Part shown: positions 39,377-53,460 of the stretch, piece by piece
How the letters are laid out: the number at the start of each line of letters is the position of its first letter
Position numbering within the stretch: the first letter of the stretch is position 1
Assembly: GCF_009914755.1 (NCBI RefSeq)
Contig: NC_060927.1
Source of the DNA: the human T2T-CHM13v2.0 reference genome, Homo sapiens
Direction: 5' to 3' (one strand)
DNA: 64,000 nt
Translations under genes and position numbers: made by a program
The notes under the pieces: generated by a model
Told to the model about the DNA's origin: nothing
The model's input: the letters and a program-made list of their open reading frames with translations, nothing else
The model's database searches: none

Positions 39377-42300
39377 GTAAGTAAGACACTGCTCTTATTT
39401 CCAATGGGCTAATTGTTTTTCTCTTTTATTCTCAGTTTTATGTGATAAAACAACAAAATATTTTATAGCCTTTTAAAGCTTGCCCAGTATAAGAAATTCT
39501 CTTTAGAAGAACAAATAACTGAGTTAATGTAGTATACAGTCATAGGCAGGAAAGGGAAGTACAGTAGAAAAAAGGGAAAAACCGTACAAAAACATTCTTA
39601 GTATCTACTTGGACTAAATTTCATTTGCATAGGCAATTTGTGCTTATATTTTTAAATCACAATTTGTGACACATTTTTTTAAAGGTGATATTTTTCTAAG
39701 ATTCTTTCCTCTAAAATAATGTATCTTAATGTTCAAAGTTTTGGTTCTTACGATGGTTGTGTGGAAATAGAGGAATACATTACTGGTCTGGTGGATATTT
39801 CACTTTTCTTCTAGTAAGAAGATAAAGCACTTGGTTAGTGTTGGGGTAGGGAATAATGGAGTGCACACTGTAGTGAATCCTAGCAAATGCCATAGACATT
39901 TAGAAGTTCAGCAGTGGGTTAGGTGTAATAGGATGTGGGATTTGAAGATCTCACCCACCATTTTTATTTGGCATCCCTTCTTCTTTGCCAGATTTTAACT
40001 TTCTACGTCCTGGTTTCATTATGTGCTTCCAAATACGTATCTTCAGATATTTTAGATACATCTATCCTCTTGACATTACTCTTTTGCAAACAGAAGCATC
40101 ACTTTGATTATAATGCCACCCCTCCTCCACACCTGAAGCTCCCCCATCCTGCTGATCTGCCCTATTCTCCATAATGCTTTCCACCAGCTAATGTGCTATT
40201 TATTTTACTTTTTTCTTTGCTCTCTTCCCACTACAATGAGAGCTTTATAAGGGCAAGTGGCTATATCCTCAGTGCTAAAATAATTCTTGGCACATAGTAG
40301 GTATTCTTTAAGTACTTACATGAATGAACGTTAGAAAAATTTCCTTAAAGTTCTAAAAAGGTCTTGGCTGTGAAACTCAGAGGTAGAGTCATTCTTTGGG
40401 TACCATGGAGAAATGCTTCTATTGTTTGCAGATTGTCACTACGTGTGGTTATGGTTGTGGACTGAATTGCCCTGTTATGTGTCTGTATATTGCTAAGTCA
40501 TTAGATATTACTGGGATTGTCCATGTTTTGTACATTCTAGTCAGCTTTTCTCACTAAAACTTGCCACACAGAAACAAGAAGATTAACAGAAAGTCTCTGA
40601 TTAACTTCCTGTTGGAGCATTTTGTGGCTGCTAAACTAATTCTCATAAAGATAGGATAAGTTTTGTGTTACTGTGTGTTCTCCACTAACCCTGCCCCTTT
40701 TTCCTTGCTGAAGGAGACTACTTTTCCTTTGAGAGTAGAGAAGGTAGACAGGAATCATCAGTCTTCATCAGCATGAAATAAGTAGTTTCATTGAATCTAC
40801 TGGATTTGCACAATAGCGTGCATATACTTTTTCCTCTTGCTTTACCTACAATATGTGTTGACCACTGGAAAATTCCTGGCAGCCTTTCTCCCCTCTGACC
40901 TGATTTGTCTGACACAGACTCAGTTGTTTGGTAGCTGTGTAACTGAAATCCATTTTTGAAGAGTTAAATGGTGAAATACTTACTGGGCTGTTTTTCCATT
41001 TCTATTTTCTTTTACCACTGGATTAGGAATCAGAAAACCTAGGTCCACCCTGAAATCTTTGTTCAGTGCCTTCACCTCTCTGAACCTTAGTTTCCAGAAT
41101 CTGTAAATTAATTAGGATGCCTATTCTCCTTGCCTTTTGAGGTAACTGTCAAGACAACAGTAGATGATATTTGTAAAAGCACTTTGGAAACCATACATTA
41201 AGCGAAACGTGTAAGCTGTTGCAACTTTCCTTCCCAAATCATGGTACTGGTAATCCCAGCAGTCATGGAGAGAGAGCATTTGCATGACTCTCATGTTAAA
41301 ATTGTGTCCCTGACACCGAACTACATCCACTAGGTGTGCCCTACCTTGAATCACTCTTCTTTGATATAGGCTTTAGAACTTTCAATTCACTAGGATCCTC
41401 TGAATATGCCTTGCAACACCTTTGAGTAGGTATATTAGACCAGAAATTGCTTTTGAATGTTTTCTGTTTCATTCCCAGTTACCTATTTAATTAAGAAGTT
41501 AAATACTCAAAACCCAGGGGCATTTCTTTAAATGTGTCTTTTTCCCTTTTAAATATGTTTCTCCTAATTCATACTCACTACTAGTAATATAACTATATCA
41601 AAAGAAGACTGCTTCACATTCTCCACTGAATGAGAAGCCCATGTATTCAATTGTACCTCAGTTGGCAAGGTGAGGCATTCTTGACAAGCTGTAACACGTT
41701 TGTAAAGATGAATTATTTTAAATGTAAGGCAGTGTGATGTTAAAGGGCTTACCTAGTGAAATGACGAGTGAGGCTCATCTGTTCTCTCAGGTCTTCATAG
41801 CTAACATAGCCTTATTAGGAGTATGCCTAAACAAATGAACTTACTTCACCCTTAACTGAGAGTTACCCTAAATGACCTTTCCTTAAAGAGCTTTCAGCTT
41901 GATCACAATCTCTCAGCTTGGTAAATAAAACCCCACAGTCCTATTTAATAGTTACATTTGGAAAATATTTTAATTCACAAAGCACTTTTTAAACAATTCA
42001 CTGTTCTATTCTTTAGGATTTCTTCTTCTTTAGTTATAGCAGTACAACGGTGTCTCATAAAAGAAAAACACAATTCAATTTTTAACAAACTTGTGAGTTA
42101 TTTTCACTCTACTAAAGCTTTTACCACAACTTTTCTTTAATGGAGACCTCCATGGAATCATTTTAAATGATTTATCTTAGAAATTATCCAATTGTTTTTA
42201 TTTCTAAAAATAATACGAGATTTATAGAGCTCCTATGAAGTATTTATTCTACCCATTCAATCTCAGTTATATTTTATCCCTGCTCAAAACCTAAATAACA

Positions 42301-45300
42301 ATAATACCAGACCCCAGATTTGTCAAATTATTTTACCACTTGGGCTCTTCACTCTCTATAATTGATTTTTTTAAAGATATTTGCAGACAACAGACATAAC
42401 TAGTAAACTGAATCATTATACTGGCTAAAAATATGTGCAGCAGGGTGAAGTTGAAAATTCTGGTACCAAGCTGTTGTAAAAATAGAGCTCCAGGGTCATC
42501 ACTGTGGAATATGCAATACACTGTGTTCCCAGAGCTTATTTTACAGTTAGCCTCTTAAAAAATTGTTATCTAATAATTATTGAGCTTTACCAACAAAGTA
42601 TGTTTATTTTCACTATAGTCCTATAGAGACAGGTACAGTTGACACCCCCATTTTCTGGATGAAGAAACTGAGGTTCAGAGACTTTTTTTTAATTTGCCCA
42701 AGGTTACAGAGCTAAGCAGTGGAGCTAACACTGGAATTATCTCTGTGACTTCAAAGCACAGATGCTTATAAATGGCTCTGCCACCTCTTGGCATACGACT
42801 GTAACAGTTTTCATATCTCAAGACTTCAGACTCCTCATTTGGATATTGATTCATTAAATCAAGGCATTTTCAAATACATGTGAATATTCTCTTTAGTTTT
42901 TTCTGAGTTATTGATCATTAACTTCTCTCACTAGCACTGACCATTTGGTTTTTCATTAAATTCTCTTTCATCCTCCTGGAGGGAATTTCATAATTCTTGG
43001 GTTGACATTTTCCCCATATTAAAAAAATCTCCCCTCTCATCTCTGTTCTCTACTTATTTTTATTCTTTTCCTTCCTGAGAGAAAGACTCAACTCAGCAAG
43101 ACATCCATTCCCTGCACAAAAACAGGTCTGTGTGATTTAAATGACTTAGGAAACAAGTCACAGCCACGTTGAATGTTGAACAAATTTAGACACTAACTCA
43201 GCAACTTTGGATGATTCTGCTGTGGCTAAAATTCATAAATAAATAGCTTGTATCTTTAAATCCCAAAGCATACGTGGAATCAGTAAGTTATACTGACTTT
43301 TGGAAACTATTATAAAATAGGTAAATGATTAAGGAAAGCTTTGCTAACCCTTTGATACTCCTCCCTTTGAGATAGCAGTTTATAGGAGTTTTTGAAGAAT
43401 TTTGAATGACCAGTTTTACTAATTCTAACAGGAATTTAGGATATTCAGTGTGTTCTTCTGATTTAGTATAGCAAAGACAGTGTTTTAAGAACGAAGACTT
43501 TTTTTTTTCCCCTGGTCTCACCTAACACTTATGCAAAATATGGAAATGCTAGACAGAGACTGTGAATATATATGGTGGTTGAGGTTAATTAGCCATGTTA
43601 GAAAAAACTCAAAATGCAAGAGTATTTATCCAGCTTGAAAGAAGTGCTTTTGAGGTTGGCTTCCAATCACTATAAAGGTAGTATCAATTATTTTATCAGA
43701 TAGATTTTGAATGGTTAGTGCCTGTTCCATGCATGACATATGGGAAAAGTAGGAGCAGGAGAGATACGTTAAACTGTGACTTCTGCAGGAGAGTGAAAGG
43801 GGTTTTGACTCAATATATTTCACTAAGGGTTTTTCAAAAGAAAATGTTCCCTGGTTACTGGTTTCCCATTGTTTCGGTGTGAGGATAAAGCATAATTGAA
43901 TGCAGTAACACAGCTGTCAGTCCCCTCATATGCTTTCCATCTTCTAAAATACTGAAGTGGTCACAAAATTCTGTCTTTAAGATCCATAATATTCTTAACA
44001 CTGACAGGTACTTATAAAAATCTAGTGACTCAGGAATATTCTTTTGAAAAAACAAACTTGAATATTACAATTATTAATGAAGCATTCACTACATTATATT
44101 ATTCTTTTAGGCTTTCATTATATATAAACTTTTAGAAATCAGAACTTAGCTCATGAAATTAACCTGTTATAGAGCATATTGAAAGAGCTTTCCTAAATAT
44201 GCATACTGTCAGACACAAATGTCCTAACGAATGCTTTTCTCTGGAAATTAGAAAATCTAACTTTCTAATAAGAGCATTACAAAACAAAATGTTGCTGCTA
44301 ACCAGTAGCTTAGAAATTCAGAAATGATTCATGCCTTTCCAGCAGTTAAAATACATCTTAATAATTTGAAGGTCACTGGCTTCAGCAGGGTGCCAGAATA
44401 TAAAGGGGTTTTAAACATGCAGTTTAAAACCCTTGGGATTAAACCAACCTTGTTGGCATATTTTATTTATACAGAGATTATCTCCAAAAGAGATTCATTG
44501 GTCTTTTGACTATAATGAAGCCCTTTCTTTATTGACTTCATTGTGTCATAAATGAAAAGAGATTTCTTTTTATGGCAGGAAATAAAATGTTCCAACCTCC
44601 ACAACACTCCATGCATCCTAAGAGTGGGATTTAGACAAAAATCTATTTGTTGTGTCCTAACTCAGGAAATCTTGATAATGTCCTTTTGTTTCATATTTGC
44701 TTTATCTTCCTAAGTTGACACAAAGGTATTACCAAACACCTTGAGAGGCCTGAATTTGGCCTCTGAGAGACTGAGAGGGCAGACAGGAGGGGCAGGGGGC
44801 TGAATTCCTGAAAATGAGGTCTATCCACTAGAGGTGTGGTTAACAGTACCTGCTAACAGGCCAGTTGTTGGAGCAGGGTGGAGGGAAGGGGGTGGGTAAG
44901 GTCTGAGCTGCACTGATTTGACCCAAGTACTATGCTAGGGCTCTGTTTTTCTCTGCCCATGGAGATTTGGTCGGAATTTGGGATAGGGTTGAGAGATCTG
45001 CCAAGGGTTAAATGAACTTTACAGGGATTGCTCATAGAGTGGGTGACTTAAGGACCTCTGGAATCTTAATGGTATTTATATAAATACTCACACACTTCCA
45101 GAGTAAGCAAGAAGGGATATTTTATTAAATAGACCTTAAGTCAATCAACTGCAGCAGCTAAGCATCTTGTCAGGAAGGTAAATGCCATTAACAATTTATC
45201 TACCTGGCATCATCAAGGTGACCAGTCTACCAGTGTGAATTTTCCAAGTAACTGAAGCCTACCCTCAAAGCCAAAGAATATCATTTCAATCCTTTTTGCT

Positions 45301-45522
45301 GAAAAGTTTCTTTTAAATGTAAGCTCTAGGGAGGTAATATAATAAGGAAGAACCCAGGCTTTGGAGTCTGCCTGGCCCTATTACTTGATAATGACAGTAG
45401 CCTTGGCAAGCTTCTTGGTCCCTGTTAGGCAGTTTCCTCATCTAGAAAATTAGATTAATCACAGCACCTAGAACATAGGGTTGTGCATGTAAAGCAAGTA
45501 GCACCTAACAATAAATCATAGA

Positions 45523-45680
45523 TATGAAATGTTTACTAAATGCCAGGCACTCTTATAAGTACTTGTGTTATCTTGTTTACTTTTCATAACACTCTATGAA
45601 TTATGAAATGTTTACTAAATGCCAGGCACTCTTATAAGTACTTGTGTTATCCTGATTGCTTTTCATAACACTCTATGAAT
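45523..45680 (+). repeat. 79-bp tandem duplication (2 copies) within MIR-like sequence
   Basis: tatgaaatgtttactaaatgccaggcactcttataagtacttgtgttatc...cataacactctatgaat at 45523 and 45602, about 3 mismatches. Confidence 0.95.
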
Positions 45681-46583
45681 TAAGTACTGTTAGTTATTCC
45701 CATTTTACAGATGAGGAAAGGGAATCAGAGAAGTGGAGTCACGCAGTCTGGCTCTGGCTTTTCCACTTATACCGCTGCCTCTGGCTTCCTGATACACAGC
45801 AAGCATCTCATCACTGGTGGCTGATAAGAATCACAGATACTCAGTTTTACTGAGTTACATGCTAATGGCCTTACCAGGAGCTGTGTACTAAGGCTGGGCC
45901 CTCTGTGCAGCTCCTCCCTGTGGTGTATGTTCAGGGACAGCTTTGGCTGCTTATTTTTCCTTTCTAATATCAAATAAAAAACTATGGGCAAGAAAGCTGT
46001 TTCTCTTTTTATTTATCTGTTATTCCTTAAGATTAAGAGAAAGGAAATTTAGCGTGTATGAGTAGGTTAGAGGCATCAAGTGTTGGTGATTTCCCTCTAA
46101 CAGTTCTGAAGATGCAAGTACGGCCGATACATAACTGTAGATTTTGGAAACAGCTTTATGTTCGAATGCCATTGTTCTTTATTGCCTACAGTGTTGCATT
46201 TGAGGTCAGCGTTATCTCAGCTTTGGTGTTTTCTTCTCAGTAGAAGTTGCTGTCATCAGTTCACCCTCTTCTGAGGCTCTGCTTTTGGTACCTACAAACC
46301 TAATTTCAAGCTTCATCAAAAGTACATAAGAAGGTTTTGTTGTGGATTGAACAAAATAAAAGGCCCGTTATGTACATAATCTAATTCTAACCACAAAAAG
46401 CTAAAATCTGGGAACTTACTTAAGGGTAAATAATAATATTTAATAACAATAAGCCCACCTCTTCAGGTACTGATTCTCTACATTAGTCATTTTATAATCG
46501 GGTGATTTAGTGATAATGGTAGTGGTCCCACTTTTGCCTAGTTTAAACCTTTGGTATCTGAAAATTTTGTAAGTACAAATAGT

Positions 46584-47130
46584 GGCTGAGTAAAGTGGCT
46601 CATGCCTATAATAATCTCAGTGCTTTGGGAGGCAGAGGCAGGAGGATCACTCGAGCCCAAGAGTTTGAGACTAGCCTGGACAACATAGTGAGACCCCATC
46701 TCTACAAAAAATATAAGCCAGGTGTGGTGACGTGGGCCTGTAGTCCCAGCTACGCAGGAGGCTGAGGTGGAAGGATTGCTTGAGGCTAGGAGTTCAAGAC
46801 CAGCCTGGGCAACATAGCAAGACTCCATCTCTACAAAAAATGTAAGCCAGGTGTGGTGGCATGGGCCTGTAGTTTCAGCTACTCAGGAGGCTGAGGTGGA
46901 AGGATTGCTTGAGGCTAGGAGTTCAAGACCAGCCTGGGCAACATAGCAAGACTCCATCTCTTTAAATTAGCCAGGCATGGTGGCACGGAACTATACCTAG
47001 CTACTTAGGAGACTGGGGTGGGAGGATCACTTGAGCTCAGGAGTTTGAGGTGGCAGTGAGATACAATTGAGCAGCTGCACTCCAACCAGCCTGGGTGACA
47101 CAGTGAGACCATGTCTCAAAAAAAAAAATT
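46584..47130 (+). mobile_element. Four-monomer AluJ-like element with an internal 129-bp tandem duplication
   Basis: ccatctct...agccagg recurs at 46696, 46825 and 46954; the two middle units are nearly identical. Confidence 0.9.
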
Positions 47131-47234
47131 AGCACAAAATTATCAAGTGATATTTATCAGATTAACCAGGATATTAAGAATTAAAAAGTTTAATTTGTTA
47201 TTCCTTGAAATTATAGTACTTTGAGAATGAAGAC

Positions 47235-47460
47235 AAACAGTGTATCCTAGTACACAGGAATACAGTCTTTGGGTTCAATGGACCTGGGTTCAAATCTCAG
47301 CTCTGCCACTTAACTGAGTCTTTTTGGACAAGTTGCCTCGGTTTCCTTATGTGCACTTTGAGAATAACCATGTTCCCTTCATCTGGTTCTTACAGAGATA
47401 AATGTGTGAAAAACATTTAGCACAGTCCCTGGTAACCAGTAAGGGCTTAATAAATGGTGG
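47235..47460 (+). mobile_element. MIR
   Basis: gacctgggttcaaatctcagctctgccactta ... atttagcacagtccctgg...ttaataaatg. Confidence 0.8.
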
Positions 47461-50400
47461 TTTTCCTCTCATTCTACCAGCTTTATCATTATCCTGCTTT
47501 TGTTATACCATAATAATCTCTCATTTAATCTGTTGTCAGTGAAAACATCTTCACTTTGATTCCAGCCCCTTTTTTCCTTTATGCTTCTCCCACCACCACC
47601 ACTGCATCAGTGACATTTACTCCCACTGTCATCAAATCCATCCTTTTAATGGCACTTGTAGTCTTTATCACATAATTACACTGTTCTTGCTCTCCCTTGT
47701 GTTCATCTCTTCACCAACACAAATGTCCTTGAGCAGAGACCATCTCCCTAATATCTGGCTGAATACTAGGTGCTCAGAAACGGCTTCATCCAGGGGTTTC
47801 CCATTCTCTCTGAGTCGGAGCACTTTTTATCTAGGGTCTGCAGCCAACTTCTTCTGCCATTCTAAACTTTTTTCAGCTGCAAGATGCATATGAAAACAGT
47901 ATGCATTTCTTGGAGTACATGTTAATACATATAAAGTACACAGAAAGTGCCTGGCCTAGTTAATGCTGCTAATATTCCCTTCAATCTTTAATGAAACTCA
48001 GACATTTAGGTGGAGATAGCATGTTTTGGATGAATGTCTTCTTAAAACACACAGGGCCTTTCCAGATAAAAATTGAGCTGATTAGGCCTCTGATGCTGTC
48101 CTAATTGCTTGGCCTTCTGCTAGTTACATTGATTTTATAATCATCTGGCTCATGTTGAGAGAATGTAATAGAAAAATTATGAGAATGATTAGAATAATTA
48201 GTCATAGCCTTATATTCATCTCAGTATAAAGAAAAGAGATTTATGACTCCTCAGCTATTTATCTTGATTGCAGGGCAAATGCTGTATTATCTGGGTAGCT
48301 GACAGTGGTCAGTACAGCATGCATCTGTATGTATGTCCGCCTGTCTGGTACTTTTGTGACATTATTGGTGGTGCCTGGAAACCCAGAGGGTGTGGTTAGG
48401 CGTCCTTGGATAAAGATGCAAATTGGAGAGACTAGTGAGTCATATATTTCCATGATTATCACACTGAACTCTGCTGGATTTTTGCTGCTTCTAGCCATAG
48501 TGGCAGCAGGCATACTGATTTCTGGGCATGTGTGTGTGACATTAGCTTGGATATTACAGTTGAGCACTTTGCAGAAAAAAACAATAAGCAGTTAACCTGA
48601 AAGCATTTCTTTTAATGATCTGAGGTGGGCTATGGCCTTTAAAATGCTGTGGTTTTTACCTTACAGAGTAAAACAGTTCTAAAGCTGACATGTTTTTTCT
48701 TATTTTGAACTAGAGTCCATGTTCCTAATCACGGCACTGTAAGTTCTCGGGAATCTAAAATTCTAAACTATCATTGTCGTATAAATGTTGCCTTCAACTT
48801 ATTACTCTGCTAAATATGTCACTCTGCCCTTGAAAATAGTGTTGTATCTGTCATTTCTAAGTATATGAAAGTCCTATAGTCTACATACTAGAGTGATTCT
48901 GTGGTTAGGTTGTGTCCCATCTCACCCATTTTGCCTCTTGTTTGAAAATGAGTTTATTCTTGGGCTAATCATTTAGAGACTCTCCAGCTTTGTACATAGT
49001 AACCCTTTTCTCAACTTGAGATCATTTTCATTGCCACTGATCATTATTGTAGAATTTGCTTCTAAACATTTTAAGTGAAGTGATCAGATAATTTTGGAAA
49101 TTTTCTTGAACTGTGCATTCTGCTAAATATTCTGGAGAAACATTTTGGCTCCGCTTACTCTGTTAATGCTGGTTACATCATGAGAGCTATAGATTTCTTG
49201 GGCATGCAAAATGATTGCATATTCATGAACATCTTCAATTCTGAAATATTTGTAAATAACTTGGCAATTTTTTTCATAAGGTTGCCTATTAACATGATTA
49301 GGACTTTAATTGTTCACACAGGAAGAATTTGTACTTACAGAGCACCACCTATTTGATAAGTAACATTTCTATGCTAAGCAACTTGGATTATGAACACATA
49401 AGTCACCTTCCTAAAACAAAGTATAAGAGATGCTATTTTCCACTTAAGCATGATTCAAGTTTGAAAATGTCAATAGATGCAAAAAGCCACCCTAGAGCTT
49501 TGCTCTCTCGAAAGAAAGAAGGAATGACATAGTCAATGTTAACTGTCACCAGATGAAGAGAAATCAGATTGTCAGGCCTGGATCTATAAAATTCTTGCCA
49601 AAGTAGGACCTCATTTACACATACAGATCTTCATACCCTTTGCTAAGAAAAGCATCTGTGGCAGTTTAGATGTTTGTGCGTTTGCCAAAGATCTTTCACT
49701 CTGAATAAAGTAAATGTCATGTCTGTTGTTTATCTCAAATTCAGCAGAGTATTTTTAAAAGGAAATATTTGTGGGGGAGGGTCGAGGGAGAAGGGAAGAA
49801 GGAGGTTGGGGAGCTCCAGTTAGTTGGGTGTGGCTATTTTATAGCAGTACTCAAGTATCATGATAAATAAGCTTAAAACATACTTTGGGCTTATGAACTG
49901 AAAGTCTCCTTTTGAAGTGACAACACGAAATAAATGGGAATGTGGAGTCTTCCCGAATCTATACCTAGTCTGTCAACACCAAAAAAATCCAGTTAATTCA
50001 GTCAAACTGATTATTTGGCATCATGTAGACACAGCTGTCTTGAGCTAAAATTTTGAACACTTAAAGATAGATGGCATTGTACCCAGAGCCAGCTGGTACA
50101 ATGGCATCTATCTATAATTGTGTATAAAGGATTGCTTAAAACTTATAAGATTGGAAATAGAACTTAATTGCTTAAAGTTCAAGCTGGACTCCATTGAACA
50201 GCAATTAAAAAAAAACAACAACAACAACAACAAAGAAAACCCCTGGTGTGATAAAATTTCTTGGCAAATGGGTACCCTTGATAAATTCACACTTTTAGTT
50301 AAGAGTATGCTATGGTAATTTAACTATGTAAATTGCGTTGAATATAAAAATAAGGGGAATTCTCTATGTACCTTTTTTTAAAAACCATATTTAACCTGGC

Positions 50401-50601
50401 TTGTAGGCATTAAAGTCATAATGAGATCCTAATGTAAAATAAATTCTGAGACTTTTCTTCAGGACATCTATTTTGTGTGATACAATTATTTTGCTCTTTG
50501 CAAAAATCAAGTATTTGTCTTAAGGATGCTTTGCTTTATCAGTGTAATTTGTTTTATGGAAGTATTCTATGTAACTTTGAATATTATTTTATTCCCCCCA
50601 G

Positions 50602-50693
50602 ATGACATGGAAGCCATTCCTGTCAAACAGTTTGTCAAACACATCGGTGAGCTCTATTCTAATAACCAGCATGGGTTCTCTGAGGATTTTGAG
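50602..50693 (+). CDS. PTPRG: PTPRG coding exon (about exon 16), wedge region: (D)[30 protein letters not shown]
   Basis: Acceptor attccccccag, donor GAG|gtatgt; 92 nt, phase 1 to phase 0. Typical RPTP helix-turn-helix segment preceding D1. Confidence 0.97.
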
Positions 50694-53137
50694 GTATGTT
50701 TCAAGGCTGGAAGTTAACTTCCAGAAACCTAAGTCTTACTTTATGCAGATTTTTGTAAACTTGAACTGAATTCATTCCAAGCATAACAAAACAGTAACTA
50801 CGGAAAGTGGAGTTTTTCTTTTCATCTATTATTTTAATAGGCATTCTTTTCCAAATAAAATTTAGGTGAAAGGGGAGTTGATTGTACCTGTCCTGAATAT
50901 GTATTTCTACAAAAGAACCGACTTAGTGATAGAAAAGAAGCAAACTGGTAGGGATTGCTTTTCAGGTTCTTGCTACATCTAATTCTAACTGGGAACAGCA
51001 GTCATAACACAAGGCTCCCTAATTCCATGTCTTTTCTGCAATGCACATGGTATAGTGAAGATAGCAGGTTTGGTGTCTGAGAAACTGGGTGCTGGCTTCA
51101 TCAGTAGTGAGCTTCATAATCCTCAGACCAATCACCTCATCTCGGATCCCCAGTTTTCCCATTTTTGAAAAATGGCACCAATGTCACCTACATTGTAACG
51201 TCGTTGGAAAAATAAATGATTAACATCTTTAAAAGTGCCAAGTTCATTGTTAAGAACCATGCAAAGGTTGACTGTTGTTGTTTTCATGATTATTAATCCT
51301 TGGAGAGAAGACTTGGGTTAACACAGCCTTCTGATTTTAAGAACTGGTGTGTAGGAAACAAGGTAGAGAGAGGCATGTACCACCCTGCCAACTCTGGGTT
51401 CTGTGCCAGTTCAGCAGTGACAGGGTGTCAATGAGGAGCTATTAAACAGACTGCCCTTTTCTTCACTGAGGCGCTTAACTAAGGCACATCTCTGGCAGCA
51501 AGAGTTGTGTCGAGGAGGCCAAGTTTTCATGGCAGCTCAGCTGTCTTCTAGCTCTGTGGGTAAGTTGGTTCCTTTCTCTGTCTCATTTCTACTTTAAAAT
51601 GGAAATGATGATGATGATGATGCTAACCTACCCATCTCTTTCAACAAAATTGGTTACAGGGCAAAATGAAGTAATGGAAGGTAAGCACTTTAAGATCATC
51701 TAGGAGTCATACAGCTGGAAGGTGCAGTTACCTTGAATGAACAATGAGAAATAAAAACAGGATGAAAAGCCCCTGTCTATGCAAATTTAGAATCCCAAAA
51801 GGCTATCATAAAGGCAGTTATATTGCTGACTTGTTTTAAATTAAGTCTTTCTCTTAGTTTTTTTGTTAGTTTTTGTTGTTTTGAGCAGAATGAAAACAAA
51901 GGTGGTAGAAAGAACCTCTGATTTATTCTACGAAGTCATATGTTTTATGGAACCAACAAAAGCATGTCAAGTATTTAATGCTATTAGATGCTTACTAAAA
52001 AAGGTGCCTATTCAACTACAAAGAACATGGTTTAAGTCAAACATTTTGTATTCATGAGGACAGCAAATGTGTGTGGTGTTAAAGTGATTTAGTTCAATTG
52101 ACTGTTGGCTGGATGACTGAGCAAGAATATTGAGGCATTTAACAACGTTGATGGTATTCAGGACAAACATTTATCCTCTAGAGAGCCGAATTTGATCAGG
52201 ATGATCAAATGCAACTCCAGTTTCTCAATTATTTATGATTTGAGACCCCAGTGCTATTCATCACAGCTGGTTTTGACACCATTTAATTATTCAAAATAAT
52301 CAGCTACACCTCTGTAAACTTGATCTGACTTAAAATGGGCTTTGCTGCATCAAAATCATGCTTCTTAACAAATCCTGGGCATCTGTACCCTATTTCTGTC
52401 CTAAAAAAATATACTGCAGCTAAAAGCTTTAATCGCCTACATTGAACTTTAGAGCTTAAATAGTATTAGCTGATACTTATGGGAGTGGAATGGGGAGGGC
52501 AGGCAGGAAGGTGAAAGGGCTGTTGTGATTTCACTGTCTTTTCAGGTTTGAAAGGTTTAAAATCAGAGCTGTTCACAATAGGAAGAATATGCTTTCTTCT
52601 AAAAAGAACAGCAAAGCAGCAACGTAAAGGGGAGAATAAGAAAATAGAAAAGCTCACCAATACTACTGTCACCTTATAATTAGGTGAAAATTTGAAGTAC
52701 TTTTAAAAGAGTAGTATTCCTTTTGGGTAACTGCTAAAAGGGAAAACTGGTAATAGGCTACATAAGAAGCTATTACGGCTATTTTATAAACAGAGATAGT
52801 AACAGGCTTTATAAGAAAGGACAGAAAAAGATTTTGTGTAATTAAAAACAAAATTGTATTATGGTAAGAGAGTTAAGGTAATCTTAGTCTCAGATTTCCA
52901 GACCCATTTACCTGGAATAATGATGGCCAGCATTTACTAGTTAGCACTGTGCATGGATCATTCTATTTCCTGAGGTAGGTGTATCTTATTGTCCCCATTT
53001 TACTGATGACGAAACTACCCATGAGAAAACTGAGGCTGTGGGTGGCTACATTTTGAAATGGCAGGAGTAGGGTTTAAGACCAGGGTATCTGACTTGAACC
53101 CACATGGTTCACCTTGACACCATCCAGACTCTCATTA

Positions 53138-53460
<323 letters not shown>

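Noticed and set aside
50526-50717. 63-aa ORF with a hydrophobic N-terminus
   Set aside because: This is PTPRG exon 50602-50693 with open intronic flanks. The hydrophobic part comes from the T-rich acceptor region.
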